64,000 bases of DNA, taken from contig CM035354.1 of NCBI GenBank assembly GCA_020137815.1, forward strand, positions 1,984,001-2,048,000, in the 5' to 3' direction. Each line of letters starts with the position of its first letter. Within the stretch, counting starts at the first letter, position 1. Below the pieces are notes generated by a model. That model had not been told where the DNA came from. It searched no databases and saw only the letters and a program-made list of their open reading frames with translations. Of this stretch, positions 1 through 11,468 are shown in pieces. This DNA comes from Hormiphora californensis. Taxonomy: Eukaryota > Animalia > Ctenophora. The position numbers and the translations under genes were made by a program.

Positions 1-1990
1 CTTCTAAAACAGGTCCCTGTCCCAGTACAGCTCTGCCACGAAATGCTACTGTGTTCCCCGCCTTCTAAAACAGGTCCCTGTCCCAATACAGCTCTGCCAC
101 GAATTGCTACTGTCTTCCCCCGCCTTCTAAAACAGGTCCCTGTCCCAATACAGCTCTGCCACGAATTGCTACTGTGTTCCTCCGTCTTCTAAAACAGGTC
201 CCTGTCCCAATACAGCTCTGCCACGAATTGCTACTGTGTTCCTCCGTCTTCTAAAACAGGTCCCTGTTCCACTACAGCTCTGCCACGAAATGCTACTGTG
301 TTCCCCGCCTTCTAAAACAGGTCCCTGTCCCAATACAGCTCTGCCACGAATTGCTACTGTCTTCCCCCGCCTTCTAAACAGGTCCCTGTCCCTAATACAG
401 CTCTGCCACGAATTGCTACTGTGTTCCTCCGTCTTCTAAAACAGGTCCCTGTCCCAATACAGCTCTGCCACGAATTGCTACTGTGTTCCTCCGTCTTCTA
501 AAACAGGTCCCTGTTCCACTACAGCTCTGCCACGAATTGCTACTGTCTTCCTCCGTCTTCTAAAACAGGTCTCTGTCCCAATACAGCTCTGCCACGAATT
601 GCTACTGTGTTCCTCCGTCTTCTAAAACAGGTCCCTGTTCCACTACAGCTCTGCCACGAATTGCTACTGTGTTCCCCGCCTTCTAAAACAGGTCCCTGTC
701 CCGATACAGCTCTGCCACGAATTGCTACTGTGTTCCCCCACCTTCTAAAACAGGTCCCCGTCCCAATACAGCTCTGCCACGAATTGCTACTGTCTTCCTC
801 CGTCTTCTAAAACAGGTCCCTGTCCCAATTCAGCTCTGCCACGAATTGCTACTGTGTTCCTCCGTCTTCTAAAACAGGTCCCTGTTCCACTACAGCTCTG
901 CCACGAATTGCTACTGTGTTCCTCCGTCTTCTAAAACAGGTCCCTATCCCAATTCAGCTCTGCCACGAATTGCTACTGGTTTCCTCCGTCTTCTAAAACA
1001 GGTCCCTATCCCGATTCAGCTCTGCCACGAATTGCTACTGTGTTCCTCCGTCTTTTAAAACAGGTCCCTGTCCCACTACAGCTCTGCCACGAATTGCTAC
1101 TGTCTTCCTCCGTCTTCTAAAACAGGAGGCGGGGAACACAGTAGCAATTCGTGGCAGAGCTGTAGTGCGACAGGGACCTGTTTTAGAAGACGGAGGAACA
1201 CAGTAGCAATTCGTGGCAGAGCTGTATTGGGACAGGGACCTGTTTTAGAAGGCGGGGAACACAGTAGCAATTCGTGGCAGAGCTGTAGTGTGACAGGGAC
1301 CTGTTTTAGAAGGCGGGGGAAGACAGTAGCAATTCGTGGCAGAGCTGTAGTGGGACAGGGACCTGTTTTAGAAGACGGAGGAAGACAGTAGCAATTCGTG
1401 GCAGAGCTGTATTGGGACAGGGACCTGTTTTAGAAGACGGAGGAAGACAGTAGCAATTCGTGGCAGAGCTGAATTGGGACAGGGACCTGTTTTAGAAGGA
1501 GGGGAACACAGTAGCAATTCGTGGCAGAGCTGTAGTGGGACAGGGACCTGTTTTAGAAGGCGGGGGAAGACAGTAGCAATTCGTGGCAGAGCTGTAGTGG
1601 GACAGGGACCTGTTTTAGAAGACGGAGGAAGACAGTAGCAATTCGTGGCAGAGCTGTATTGGGACAGGGACCTGTTTTAGAAGACGGAGGAACACAGTAG
1701 CAATTCGTGGCAGAGCTGTAGTGTGACAGGGACCTGTTTTAGAAGGCGGGGGAAGACAGTAGCAATTCGTGGCAGAGCTGTAGTGGGACAGGGACCTGTT
1801 TTAGAAGACGGAGGAAGACAGTAGCAATTCGTGGCAGAGCTGTATTGGGACAGGGACCTGTTTTAGAAGACGGAGGAAGACAGTAGCAATTCGTGGCAGA
1901 GCTGTAGTGGGACAGGGACCTGTTTTAGAAGGCGGGGAACACAGTAGCAATTCGTGGCAGAGCTGTAGTGGGACAGGGACCTGTTTTAGA
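1..1990. repeat. 61-62 bp tandem satellite arranged as an inverted array (forward 1-~1126, reverse ~1127-1990)
   Basis: Unit cttctaaaacaggtccctgtcccaatacagctctgccacgaattgctactgtgttcctccgt repeats directly, then its reverse complement repeats from ~1127. Confidence 0.97.
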
Positions 1991-2022
<32 letters not shown>

Positions 2023-2066
2023 TTTCTTCTTCTTCTTCTCTTCTTCTTCTTCTTCTTCTTCTTCTT
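1991..2066. repeat. (CTT)n microsatellite
   Basis: Direct reading. Confidence 0.95.
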
Positions 2067-2540
2067 GCAGCTGGTCCCTTCTACGAATTGCTGCTGTTTT
2101 TCCCGCGCTCTAGGTTCATCCAACGCGACTTTCAGCCTCAGCTTGGACGTTTAATGGCGCGGCTCAAGTGCTAAATGCGCGGCTTTTCTGTATTTTCGGC
2201 TTATAATACGTATTTAATACGTATTAAATACATATTTGCGCGTGTATTTAATACGTATTGTTGAAAATAATACGTATTATATTCTGACTAGGGATGGTAC
2301 TTTCCATGGAAAATAAAATCTCTGCTCGGAGACGTAAAGGATTAACCAGTTTTGAAAATGCAGTTTACATCATAACTGCATACTGGTAGCAACTAGCGTA
2401 AAGGATTAATCGGTTAACCCTTTCCGCGGTCAGGGTTGTAACCTAGGTTACCGTGAGGACTCTCACTGGGGAGGTGTTAACACGAAGCTGTGTGAGGAAG
2501 TGATTAATATCATGGCATCATGGCAGGGGGTATGTACCAC

Positions 2541-2545
<5 letters not shown>

Positions 2546-2612
<67 letters not shown>

Positions 2613-2680
2613 AGCTCTAAGAGATAGCTAGCGCAGATCGATCCAGCGAGATCTTCAGAATACGGTATGCGGAGATCTTG

Positions 2681-2768
<88 letters not shown>
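2546..2768. repeat. (GA)n and (TC)n tracts in inverted orientation around a ~70 bp spacer
   Basis: (ga)n ~2546-2612, (tc)n ~2683-2768. Confidence 0.95.
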
Positions 2769-2771
<3 letters not shown>

Positions 2772-3190
2772 CTCACTCCACCCTGCCCTATAAAATAGGC
2801 ATTGTACATGATATGACGCATAGTGATGATTCACGCATGGCTTTACACCAGTGGCTAATACTGCACATGGCTCTGTCTAGTTTTGTGGGTAGATTCTTAG
2901 CCATTCTGATCCTTGTCCATACCTCATTCTACAATCTACATCAAGTCGACTATCGAGCATTGAGCAAGCCAACCTGAATCGTATAACTGGCCCTTTGCTT
3001 TCTAATGTGTGAGTGTGTGTAACCCGCACACTCAATTGTTTCACGTGCACGTAAATTTAAACATGATTCATGATGCTTGTTGCACCTCCTCCCCAGCTAT
3101 ATAACTCCCCTCCCCACTTATTGAGATAGCTCTTGTTACTTGACTTGATATCTAGCTCTTCTTCAATTTGTGCAGGATATCTCGAGAGAC

Positions 3191-5243
3191 ATGGTCGTGT
3201 GCATTCCCACTCAGAAGACGGGGAAAGAGTTCCTCTCCGCGTCCCATTTGTCACTCGCTATGGATGACCACTACCTCGAGGTAATGAAACAGGAAAATGA
3301 GACACTTTTGTTCCAGAATATTACAGGGGGCACCTGGAACTGAATATGTGTGGTTGTTCTGATTCAACCGTTTCCAAGAAAAGATTGCTTCCGATTCAAC
3401 CGCGCAATGATGCCGTAATTTTGTGACAAATTCGATTACAGCCAGAGCTGACAGCTGCAGACAGAATAAAGAGCGAGTAGACAAGTGGAGGTGTAATTAT
3501 ATTATAGTTTCTGTCACATTTCAGCTTGAAAAGGGGTAAAGATATAGCGTGATCAAATCTGATCATTTCGTAATTTCAGTCACACCATGATGGGATGCCA
3601 GGAGGGGTTTGGTTTGTTCAAAACAGGGTCGAGCAAGGCAGGGGGTTACTTGAAGTTCTTCGTCTTGGTGAATAACGAAAAGGAGCTATCCAGTTAATAT
3701 AATAATACTATGTCGTTTCCAGGCTTACCGGGAAACGACATAGTTACCGTTTACAAGCGGAAATAGTTAACCAGTAAACTGAGAAGTAATTTTACCAACT
3801 TTTGAACGATGGGTTAACTTTTGCCCCAACATAAATATTCAGACTCGATGAATATTCAGACTGGAGCGTCGACCCTCTCTCACCACACCGCAAATATACA
3901 GTCGGACCCAGATTTAGTGGCACCCTCGGGGGAAAGGGGTTTGTCCACTAAATCGGGGTGTCCACTAAATCGGGGGTCAAATACTGTTAATTTCCTATAT
4001 CGGGGGAAGATTATCCTGCCACACCGCAAATATATTGTAAAAGAGGGTTAGAACAAGAAGTTCCAAAGTTGAAGCACTCTAAAAACTATACATTCCTAGG
4101 ATTTGAAGAGGACTTCTAACAAGGCAGATTATCAGGAGGTAGACGTCAGGGCATGCAGACGGAGCCCTATCCGGTCCATTAACGATAGCAATTGTATTGC
4201 TAGGTAAGAAGGTATATATTGGATTTTCTAGATCCAATAAAAACTTGCCCTTAGACAAGCGTACTTCCCGCTATAATTGTAGCACTACTAAATCTAGGAG
4301 GACTCCTTTCAGTTTTAGGATAAACCAAACTAATGCACCCACTTCTTTATATAGAGTCGGCCCCAGCAATCCCGCGGTCCCCACGTGTTCTGAGACGAAG
4401 GAATCCTTCACAAAACGGGGCGTCTTCACACGGGAATGGAACGATTATTCAGGGAGGCTGAACACTAACTTTAAAAGCCACACCGATAAACAAACCATCA
4501 ACTTCGAGTGAGTCTACTAAAATCCAATCCATCAGAATATAAGTATTTGCTGTGCATGACAATTATGAGTGTCGCTATTCGCTCAACCCTCTTTCACACT
4601 TGGTAAAGAAGTTATCCCTCCCTTGCCGGTGCGTAGCACACTGAACGAAGGCCGGGTAGCGGCCTGAGTGTGAGGTGTCTCTTCCATACCAACTCTCATA
4701 AAACCGGTTTCAAGATGATCCAAGCACTCCTTCCGTGGGCACGACCGCGCACCAATAGTGGTCCTGACTATCACCCCTAAATCAACAACGTTTTACAGGA
4801 CAACGAACAACGCCCAGTTTGATATACCAACTCTCACCCCTAAATCAACAACCTTTTACAGGACAACTCTCACCCCTAAATCAACAACCTTTTACAGGAC
4901 AACTCTCACCCCTAAATCAACAACCTTTTACAGGACAACGAACAGCGCCCAGTGTCTCTTCCATACCAACTCTCACCCCTAAATCAACAACCTTTTACAG
5001 GACAACTCTCACCCCTAAATCAACAACCTTTTACAGGACAACTCTCACCCCTAAATCAACAACCTTTTACAGGACAACGAACAGCGCCCAGTGTCTCTTC
5101 CATACCAACTCTCACCCCTAAATCAACAACCTTTTACAGGACAACGAACAGCGCCCAGTTTGATCCGGAGTTGGCAGTTAAGTTTGACCCACAAGGACAG
5201 AAGTCTCTTATGGTCAGCAGCATCCACCACGGAGACACAAACT

Positions 5244-5331
<88 letters not shown>

Positions 5332-8300
5332 ACCTGTGATTACCTGTGACCAGGTTCAGCTCCAGTTGCTAGGACTCCGCTGTCAACAACGCTCCTCGGC
5401 AGGCACACCAATCTAGGATACTGTTAGTGTTCTGCGCCCCGTAACCCTTTATGGGGGGTTCATCCGGGATTTTCGATAGAAATTTATCAAGCTCCCGCTT
5501 TGCTCCCTCCAGTGTCAGTTGTTCCTTGACAACTTTAGGAACAGCATTGAACAGGGAAACAGCAGTTGATGAGCAGGAATTGAAAATTTTGGAGTTGACG
5601 CTCTTCAGTTTAGCTTTACCCAGCGGTCTCTCCACATAGGGTCCTCGTCTGGCAGAGTGATTGAAGTCCAGTTTGAGGTGATTTGGTAGTAGTCCACGAT
5701 ACAATTTCCATAGGTAGAGAATTTTGTATCGTTCTCTCCTTCTCTGTAGCGAGTACAGGCCGAGATGATAGAGCGGGGGATAGTGAAAATAAGAGAGATA
5801 AGAAGGGGTTATAACATCGTCATTATCACAGGTGCCCTTCCCTACGTCGGAGGTGCGGGGTAACTATCGTGGCGAACAAGGTCCCTTGGCACCGGCTCGG
5901 GTGGGGAGGTACCCCCCTCACATTAACTACAATCCTAACGATACACTGAGGACAGACAGACGGGAACCCCTCGCATACAACACCGCTCACTGTGTAAATA
6001 TAGTTGATCTAACTATGTAATATATACTTGTATATTTAACTAGTTTCAATCCAATTTGATTCACAATATCTTTGCAGGATTTTCATACAGGCGAGTTTAA
6101 ACCTGCTCGACAACAACCATTTGGAGAGGCCGCCCAAAAACGAGGAGGGAACTCATTTGAACTGAAAACCGAGGACACGCCTATATTTTCAACTAACGTT
6201 CGAGACGACTATGTCCAACAAAAGTTTACCAGTCCCAGGTTTGAATTTATAAAGGAGCACTAGTTTTTAATTTCCGTGCATTTTCCGTGTATAAAAGTTT
6301 TTAATCAGCTATGCCATTTTATCTGCTCAGGTACAATAAACCTGAGGCAGTAAAACAGGTAACAAAGTCGACTTTTGTATTTGGTACGGAGACCCCTTTT
6401 GCTGGAGACTGTCTTTCATCTGATACGACAAACCGGGCCCTCTTTACTGGCACATCTTACGGTATGTTACAAAGTTTATTGCATGTTTATGTTTATTATT
6501 ATTTCCTTTCAATTAGCCTGCCTCTTCGACGATTACTTGATTGTATTACTCCCGACAGGACCGACTCTCTCCCTGAAACCGGAGAACGTATTTCATAGCG
6601 ATTTCCCAAAAGGTGACATTAACGCTGAGAGGACTCGCCTTCTGCAAAATGATACGTCATATGGCGAACATTTTCCAATTGTAAGAATTAAATTTTCTCA
6701 GACAGGGACTACAGATAAAAACTAGTGGAGAGCTTTAAAAGCTTTAAAAGCTTTAAAAGCACTTCATTAGCGTATCATTAGCGTATCTCTATCGAATGCC
6801 ACCACAAAAGTCAAAAAGCTTTTAAGTTAAACGGCTCTTTAAGAAATTACCTGGAATGCGATTATAATTCAGTCAAGCACCCCGATTTATCGGGCAAAAC
6901 TCTTTCCCCCCCAAGCATATCTCGGTAGTACTTTAGCAATCTTATTTTCAGAGAGCGCCGGGGCAGATAATAAACCCAAAAGTGCGAGGCGAGGAGATCA
7001 TCACCCGGAGCAGGGTGGAATTTGGAAATGAAAACGAGGCTTTATCATCCTCCACCCGGTCCTGCTATCTGCCACACATGACTCTCCCTCCCAACAGAGT
7101 GGATCAGCTTGTCAAGTTTCAGAACGGATTCTCTCTCGGCTCGCCAGATGGTATGATTTAGATTCAACATTAGTATATATTATGACAGTCGCATCGACGA
7201 TATACCGAAACCCCGGTATACTGTGTAGTGGGGATGAACTTCCCCGATTTGGAGGATTTACAAAATTTCGCGCCGATAAACTTGGTGAATTGAAATCATT
7301 TCCCCCGACTCCCGATCATCCTACTTCCAGTAACTGAGATGTAATGGTTGACGGTTCAAACACACCTGACACCATAGGTGTTGAACCGAGCCAAATTGGT
7401 CAACATGGCCATCCTGGAAACGTGCTCCGCGTGTGTCAGGTCCGGTTTTGCTTGGGGGGAGGGGGCCGTGTTTCCGAGCGGTCGTGTCCCGGCCCCGGTT
7501 GCGGCCAGGATGGGCTCTCTGTCTTTGCGAAGACCGGTGCTGTCATTTTGGGGCAGGGTCAGGGTCTTCCCTGTCCCTTGGGTCGTGGATTGGGCTGTGT
7601 ACGTGGGGTACGGATAATGACTGCGGACGCGAGGCTCTTTCCCACTATGGGGGTTAATCCAACGCCAGAGAACTAGCCTCTCCCAATTATGAAAACCCTA
7701 TATATCACAGATACGGCGGGGAAATACACCTGGTTTAAACAGTTAGAGAGCTCAGAGCCCGCATTACCCCCGGCATAAAAGCAAAGTCGGATATTTCTTA
7801 AATAGTACTTAACATAATAGCAGTAGTTAGAATCAGGAATTATCATTATAACTAATAGTTACCCGGATAACTATTAGTTAAAGCAGTAGTTAGGATCAGG
7901 ATTTAAACTGAGTACTTATTAACCTTGGATAATCCCTATAACTACTGCTATTATTTCAAGCAATATTTGAGAAATATCCGACTTTGCTTTTGGGGGGGGG
8001 GGGACATGTTAATTTTGTTAACTTTGTTAATATTAACATCGAAAAAATAGGTGATTTATTAACATAATTAACAAAAGTTAACAAACATTAACAAATGCCA
8101 TTTAAACCATCTAAAGTCGTATTTTTTTGTATTACACTTACTACATGTTGTTCTGCGAACAAATATGTTGCTTCTGCATGATTTGCATGCCCCCGAGTCG
8201 TCTACTAAAGCCTTCCCACACCGATTTGTTCCATTTTGCAAATTCTAACAAAAACTAGCCAAACTGAACCGAAATTGAGGTCAAATGACACTAATCCACA

Positions 8301-11234
8301 TTTTCCAACACTAAAAACTTAATAAGACTCATGAATTTACCTTCAATCGAAAAATATCCCAAAAATAATTTTTTCTAAAAAAACACAAGGATTTGTAGCG
8401 AAGCAAATTTTCAATCTTTGACCAAAAAAAGCGATTTTGGGAATTTTTTCCTATTTTTCGAACAGAAACGTTGCACATCACTTTCTTTCGTCTGAAGAAC
8501 GGATTATCAATCAAAAAATTACATTCAAGTGACATTTTATACGCTAAATTGGCATATTCGTACTTTTTGGATTTCATCGATTTGGAGCCAAAAAACTTGT
8601 ATGTCGGACTTTGTTTATCAGAAGAGGCCTTGCATGGGTATACAAACGTTAGATAAGCCATTAAACTATATAATTAAATCAGTTTAAGGGTACACCTCGG
8701 CAAAATATTTGTCGAGTGCCCGCTTAGCTCTCCATATGGGGTTGTAGGGCATACCAAGCCGACCTCAAATATGCAATTTTAGCCCTTAACTCGAATTCAT
8801 ATTTTTGCTACAGCCCCTCAAAGTTTGACCCTAAAAACCGGTTTTTAAGGTCACTAAATTTTATTTTTAGGGCTAGAAAGCTGAAAATTTAGGGATTCAT
8901 AGAGGATACCAAGGTGTATAGCTCAAACAGAAATTTTTTGAAATGGAGCTCAATTTTTTGTCTGAGACTATTTTACTTTTTTTGACTTTGAGGCCATATT
9001 TGGACATGTTCCTATGGACCGTTAAGGCTAAAAATTGGATATTTGGTGCTCCTAACAATTGTCAAAGTAGCCACAAATTTTCAGGAGGTCCGAATTTGAA
9101 ATGTGGCCTACAGGTTTCTTTTTGTAAAGCACATATTTTAGGAAAACTTAAAATGGCTATATCTCAAAAACGGTAGGTCCTAGCGATCTAATTTCGTGCT
9201 AAATCGATTCAGCGGGTCCGATTTGGGGGGGTCGTCTCTTAGACATTTTGCTCTAAGTCTAACCGTTTTTTCAGAAATCGTATTTTAAGGTTTGTACATG
9301 TTTAGCAGAAATGCTTCTAGCTAGAGCTAATCTTACCTATTTCTGCTAAACATGTTCAAATCTTAAAATACGATTTCTGAAAAAACGGTTAGACTTAGAG
9401 CAAAATGTCTAAGAGACGACCCCCCCAAAATCGGACCCGCTGAATCGATTTAGCACGAAATTAGATCGCTAGGACCTACCGTTTTTGAGATATAGCCATT
9501 TTAAGTTTTCCTAAAATATGTGCTTTACAAAAAGAAACCTGTAGGCCACATTTCAAATTCGGACCTCCTGAAAATTTGTGGCTACTTTGACAATTGTTAG
9601 GAGCACCAAATATCCAATTTTTAGCCTTAACGGTCCATAGGAACATGTCCAAATATGGCCTCAAAGTCAAAAAAAGTAAAATAGTCTCAGACAAAAAATT
9701 GAGCTCCATTTCAAAAAATTTCTGTTTGAGCTATACACCTTGGTATCCTCTATGAATCCCTAAATTTTCAGCTTTCTAGCCCTAAAAATAAAATTTAGGG
9801 ACCTTAAAAACCGGTTTTTAGGGTCAAACTTTGAGGGGCTGTAGCAAAAATATGAATTCGAGTTAAGGGCTAAAATTGCATATTTGAGGTCGGCTTGGTA
9901 TGCCCTACAACCCCATATGGAGAGCTAAGCGGGCACTCGACAAAAATTTTGCCGAGGTGTACCCTTAAGTCGTATTATCAACCGATAACACCAATATTTT
10001 AGCATTTGTTAATTTTGTTAATTCTGTTAATTAACGTTAATTAACAAAATCGGAAAAAAGAGGTGATTTATTAACAATTAACATGTCCCCCCCCCCTTGC
10101 TTTTATAAATATCCACTGCATTAAGGCGGGGGCGGTGGATGCCACAGGATGAGCCCCGGGGCACTTGCCAGTGCAGTGATAGCATCACTCGCACTTGGAA
10201 GTACCATGAAGTTAATTACAGTCAGTTATGTGGTTACCACGACTGAGTTAAATACTTTAAGTCTTTACCTTAAAATATATTTTATATGATCCCTCATGGA
10301 GACGCCGTTTTAATTAACCAGACAATTCAAGAATAGTTAAATCGTTACCCAGATATCCATCTTCCATAGAAGTTCTACCATGAACATTAATATAATCCGA
10401 GACAAGGACAATCAACTATAATCCGTATTCCGTGTAGTTATTTCGTTACCCAGATATTCAACTATGCCATAGCGGAAGTTCTACAAGCACTACTACTATA
10501 ATGCGTGTAGTTATTTCGTTACATAGATTTTTTACTTTTTAATTTGAATCTAGATAATTGTGGCACTTTGTCTGGGATTATAATTCGAAGATATATGCAT
10601 CAAATTAAAATTAAATTGTAACTTCTTAACAACTTCTCAGTTTACCGTGAAGCACCAAGCTCCGAGGCCAAGGACACTTATAAGAAAGCAGAGAGAAGCT
10701 TCCGAAGATTCAGACACAGCGATGCCACAATCGGCAAGGTAATCTATCATTATTTTTCAATTTTCATCGACTGAGATGATTGGCGTCTCAGCTCGTGAGA
10801 CACCATGAAACAAACTGTATACAGACCGTAAAAACACCGTTTTTTAAATTTGTTGGGTTCACATTCTACAAACTCGTGTTGTTTCACTGTAATGTAACTT
10901 GTAATGTAACTTGTAATGTAACTTGTAATGTAACTTGTAATGTAACTTGTAATGTCACTGCATGTAATGTAACTTGTAATGTAACTTGTAATGTAACTTA
11001 TAATGTAACTTGTAATGTCACTGCATGTAATGTAACTTGTAATGTAGAAAATGTTTCCAGCTAAAGGACAGTCACGTACGAATATGCCAAGAAACCCCTC
11101 CAACTTATACGACCTCCTATGGAGATAGCTTCGAGGAAAAGATACAGAAACCAAGAACATTAGCCCCCAAACTTCAGACCAGCTCAATTGCACTCGGAGG
11201 ATTTAGCCGTTATGCAGCTACCGGAGGTCGTTGA
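3191..11234 (+). CDS. TEX45: TEX45/SAXO5-like axonemal microtubule-associated protein; exons ~3191-3280, 5140-5245, 5832-5993, 6078-6238, 6331-6461, 6559-6680, 6952-7150, 10641-10738, 11061-11234
   Basis: GT-AG exon chain with compatible phases (one +1 discrepancy at exon 1/2); N-terminus EFLSASHLSLAMD..RTTNSAQF resembles TEX45 DFLKASHFALGPD..RTTSHRDF as I recall it; recurring SE/TT-x4-Y and S-x3-GD motifs typical of SAXO-type proteins. Confidence 0.72.
3899..4020. mobile_element. Partial copy of the cagtcggacc MITE family
   Basis: Same left TIR and gatttagtgg core as the 26120 and 35580 copies; right TIR missing. Confidence 0.7.
4770..5160 (+). repeat. 36-bp minisatellite with ~139-bp higher-order unit, built from the intron-1 acceptor of the TEX45-like gene
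   Basis: 8 copies of cccctaaatcaacaaccttttacag|gacaac; the last copy opens exon 2 at 5140. Confidence 0.93.
5248..5328. repeat. (GA)n microsatellite immediately after a splice donor
   Basis: ttg|gtgagagag... Confidence 0.95.
5329..5773 (-). mobile_element. 5'-truncated CR1-clade LINE (3' end of ORF2 plus short 3' repeat)
   Basis: LGLYSLQRRRERYKILYLWK...SLFNAVP...KRELDKFLSKIPDEP, homologous to the ORF2 tail at 36671; ttacctgtga repeat at the 3' end, abutting (GA)n. Confidence 0.9.
7992..10096. mobile_element. Non-autonomous TIR element (B) with poly-G/poly-C termini and 8-bp TSD
   Basis: TIR (g)n-acatgttaat ... attaacatgt-(c)n; TSD ttgctttt at 7984-7991 and 10097-10104. Confidence 0.82.
8688..9964. 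mobile_element. Foldback element (C) with ~625-bp near-perfect arms, TTAA TSD and GG..CC ends (Kolobok-like)
   Basis: ttaa|gggtacacctcggc ... gccgaggtgtaccc|ttaa; identical 77-aa ORFs on opposite strands; loop ~9313-9339. Confidence 0.9.
10888..11046. repeat. 12-bp minisatellite (tgtaatgtaact)n just upstream of the last acceptor of the TEX45-like gene
   Basis: Direct reading. Confidence 0.93.
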
Positions 11235-11468
11235 GAGAGATGATGTTTCTATGATAGAGGAATATAGTGTGGGGGATTGTGATGAAAAACTCTCCTAGAG
11301 ATGTGCGTTAAATTAGTGTAAATTGAGTTTGTATTGTTAAATTAGACTTTAAAATTGAATTATTGAAGCCTCTAGCTGAGCCGTGTGCTAAAAGATGTGC
11401 TAATTTTCACAAGTTTAACCATCTGCTATATGTGCTGAGCTGAATTTCTCCACCATTTTTGAAAAACC

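Larger units (their letters stand above)
7775..10106. mobile_element. Outer MITE (A), interrupted inside its right TIR by element B
   Basis: ataaaagcaaagtcggatatttc ... gaaatatccgactttgctttt[insert]at. Confidence 0.7.

Noticed and set aside
236-810. 67-aa ORFs in the satellite
   Set aside because: Translations of the 61-62 bp repeat with shifting frames
1-1990. CRISPR-like appearance of the arrays (also 56020-58652)
   Set aside because: No unique spacers, no cas genes, eukaryotic context
3057-3254. Faint resemblance to a Penelope GIY-YIG C-terminus on the minus strand
   Set aside because: The plus strand is better explained as exon 1 of the TEX45-like gene
4060-4760. Possible decayed DIRS RT/RNase H fragment
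   Set aside because: Only vague motif echoes across frames; cannot be supported without a search
7331-7680. GC-rich segment with several overlapping ORFs
   Set aside because: No recognisable domain; the TEX45-like chain splices in phase across it
8943-9709. Two identical 77-aa ORFs on opposite strands
   Set aside because: Consequence of the foldback arms
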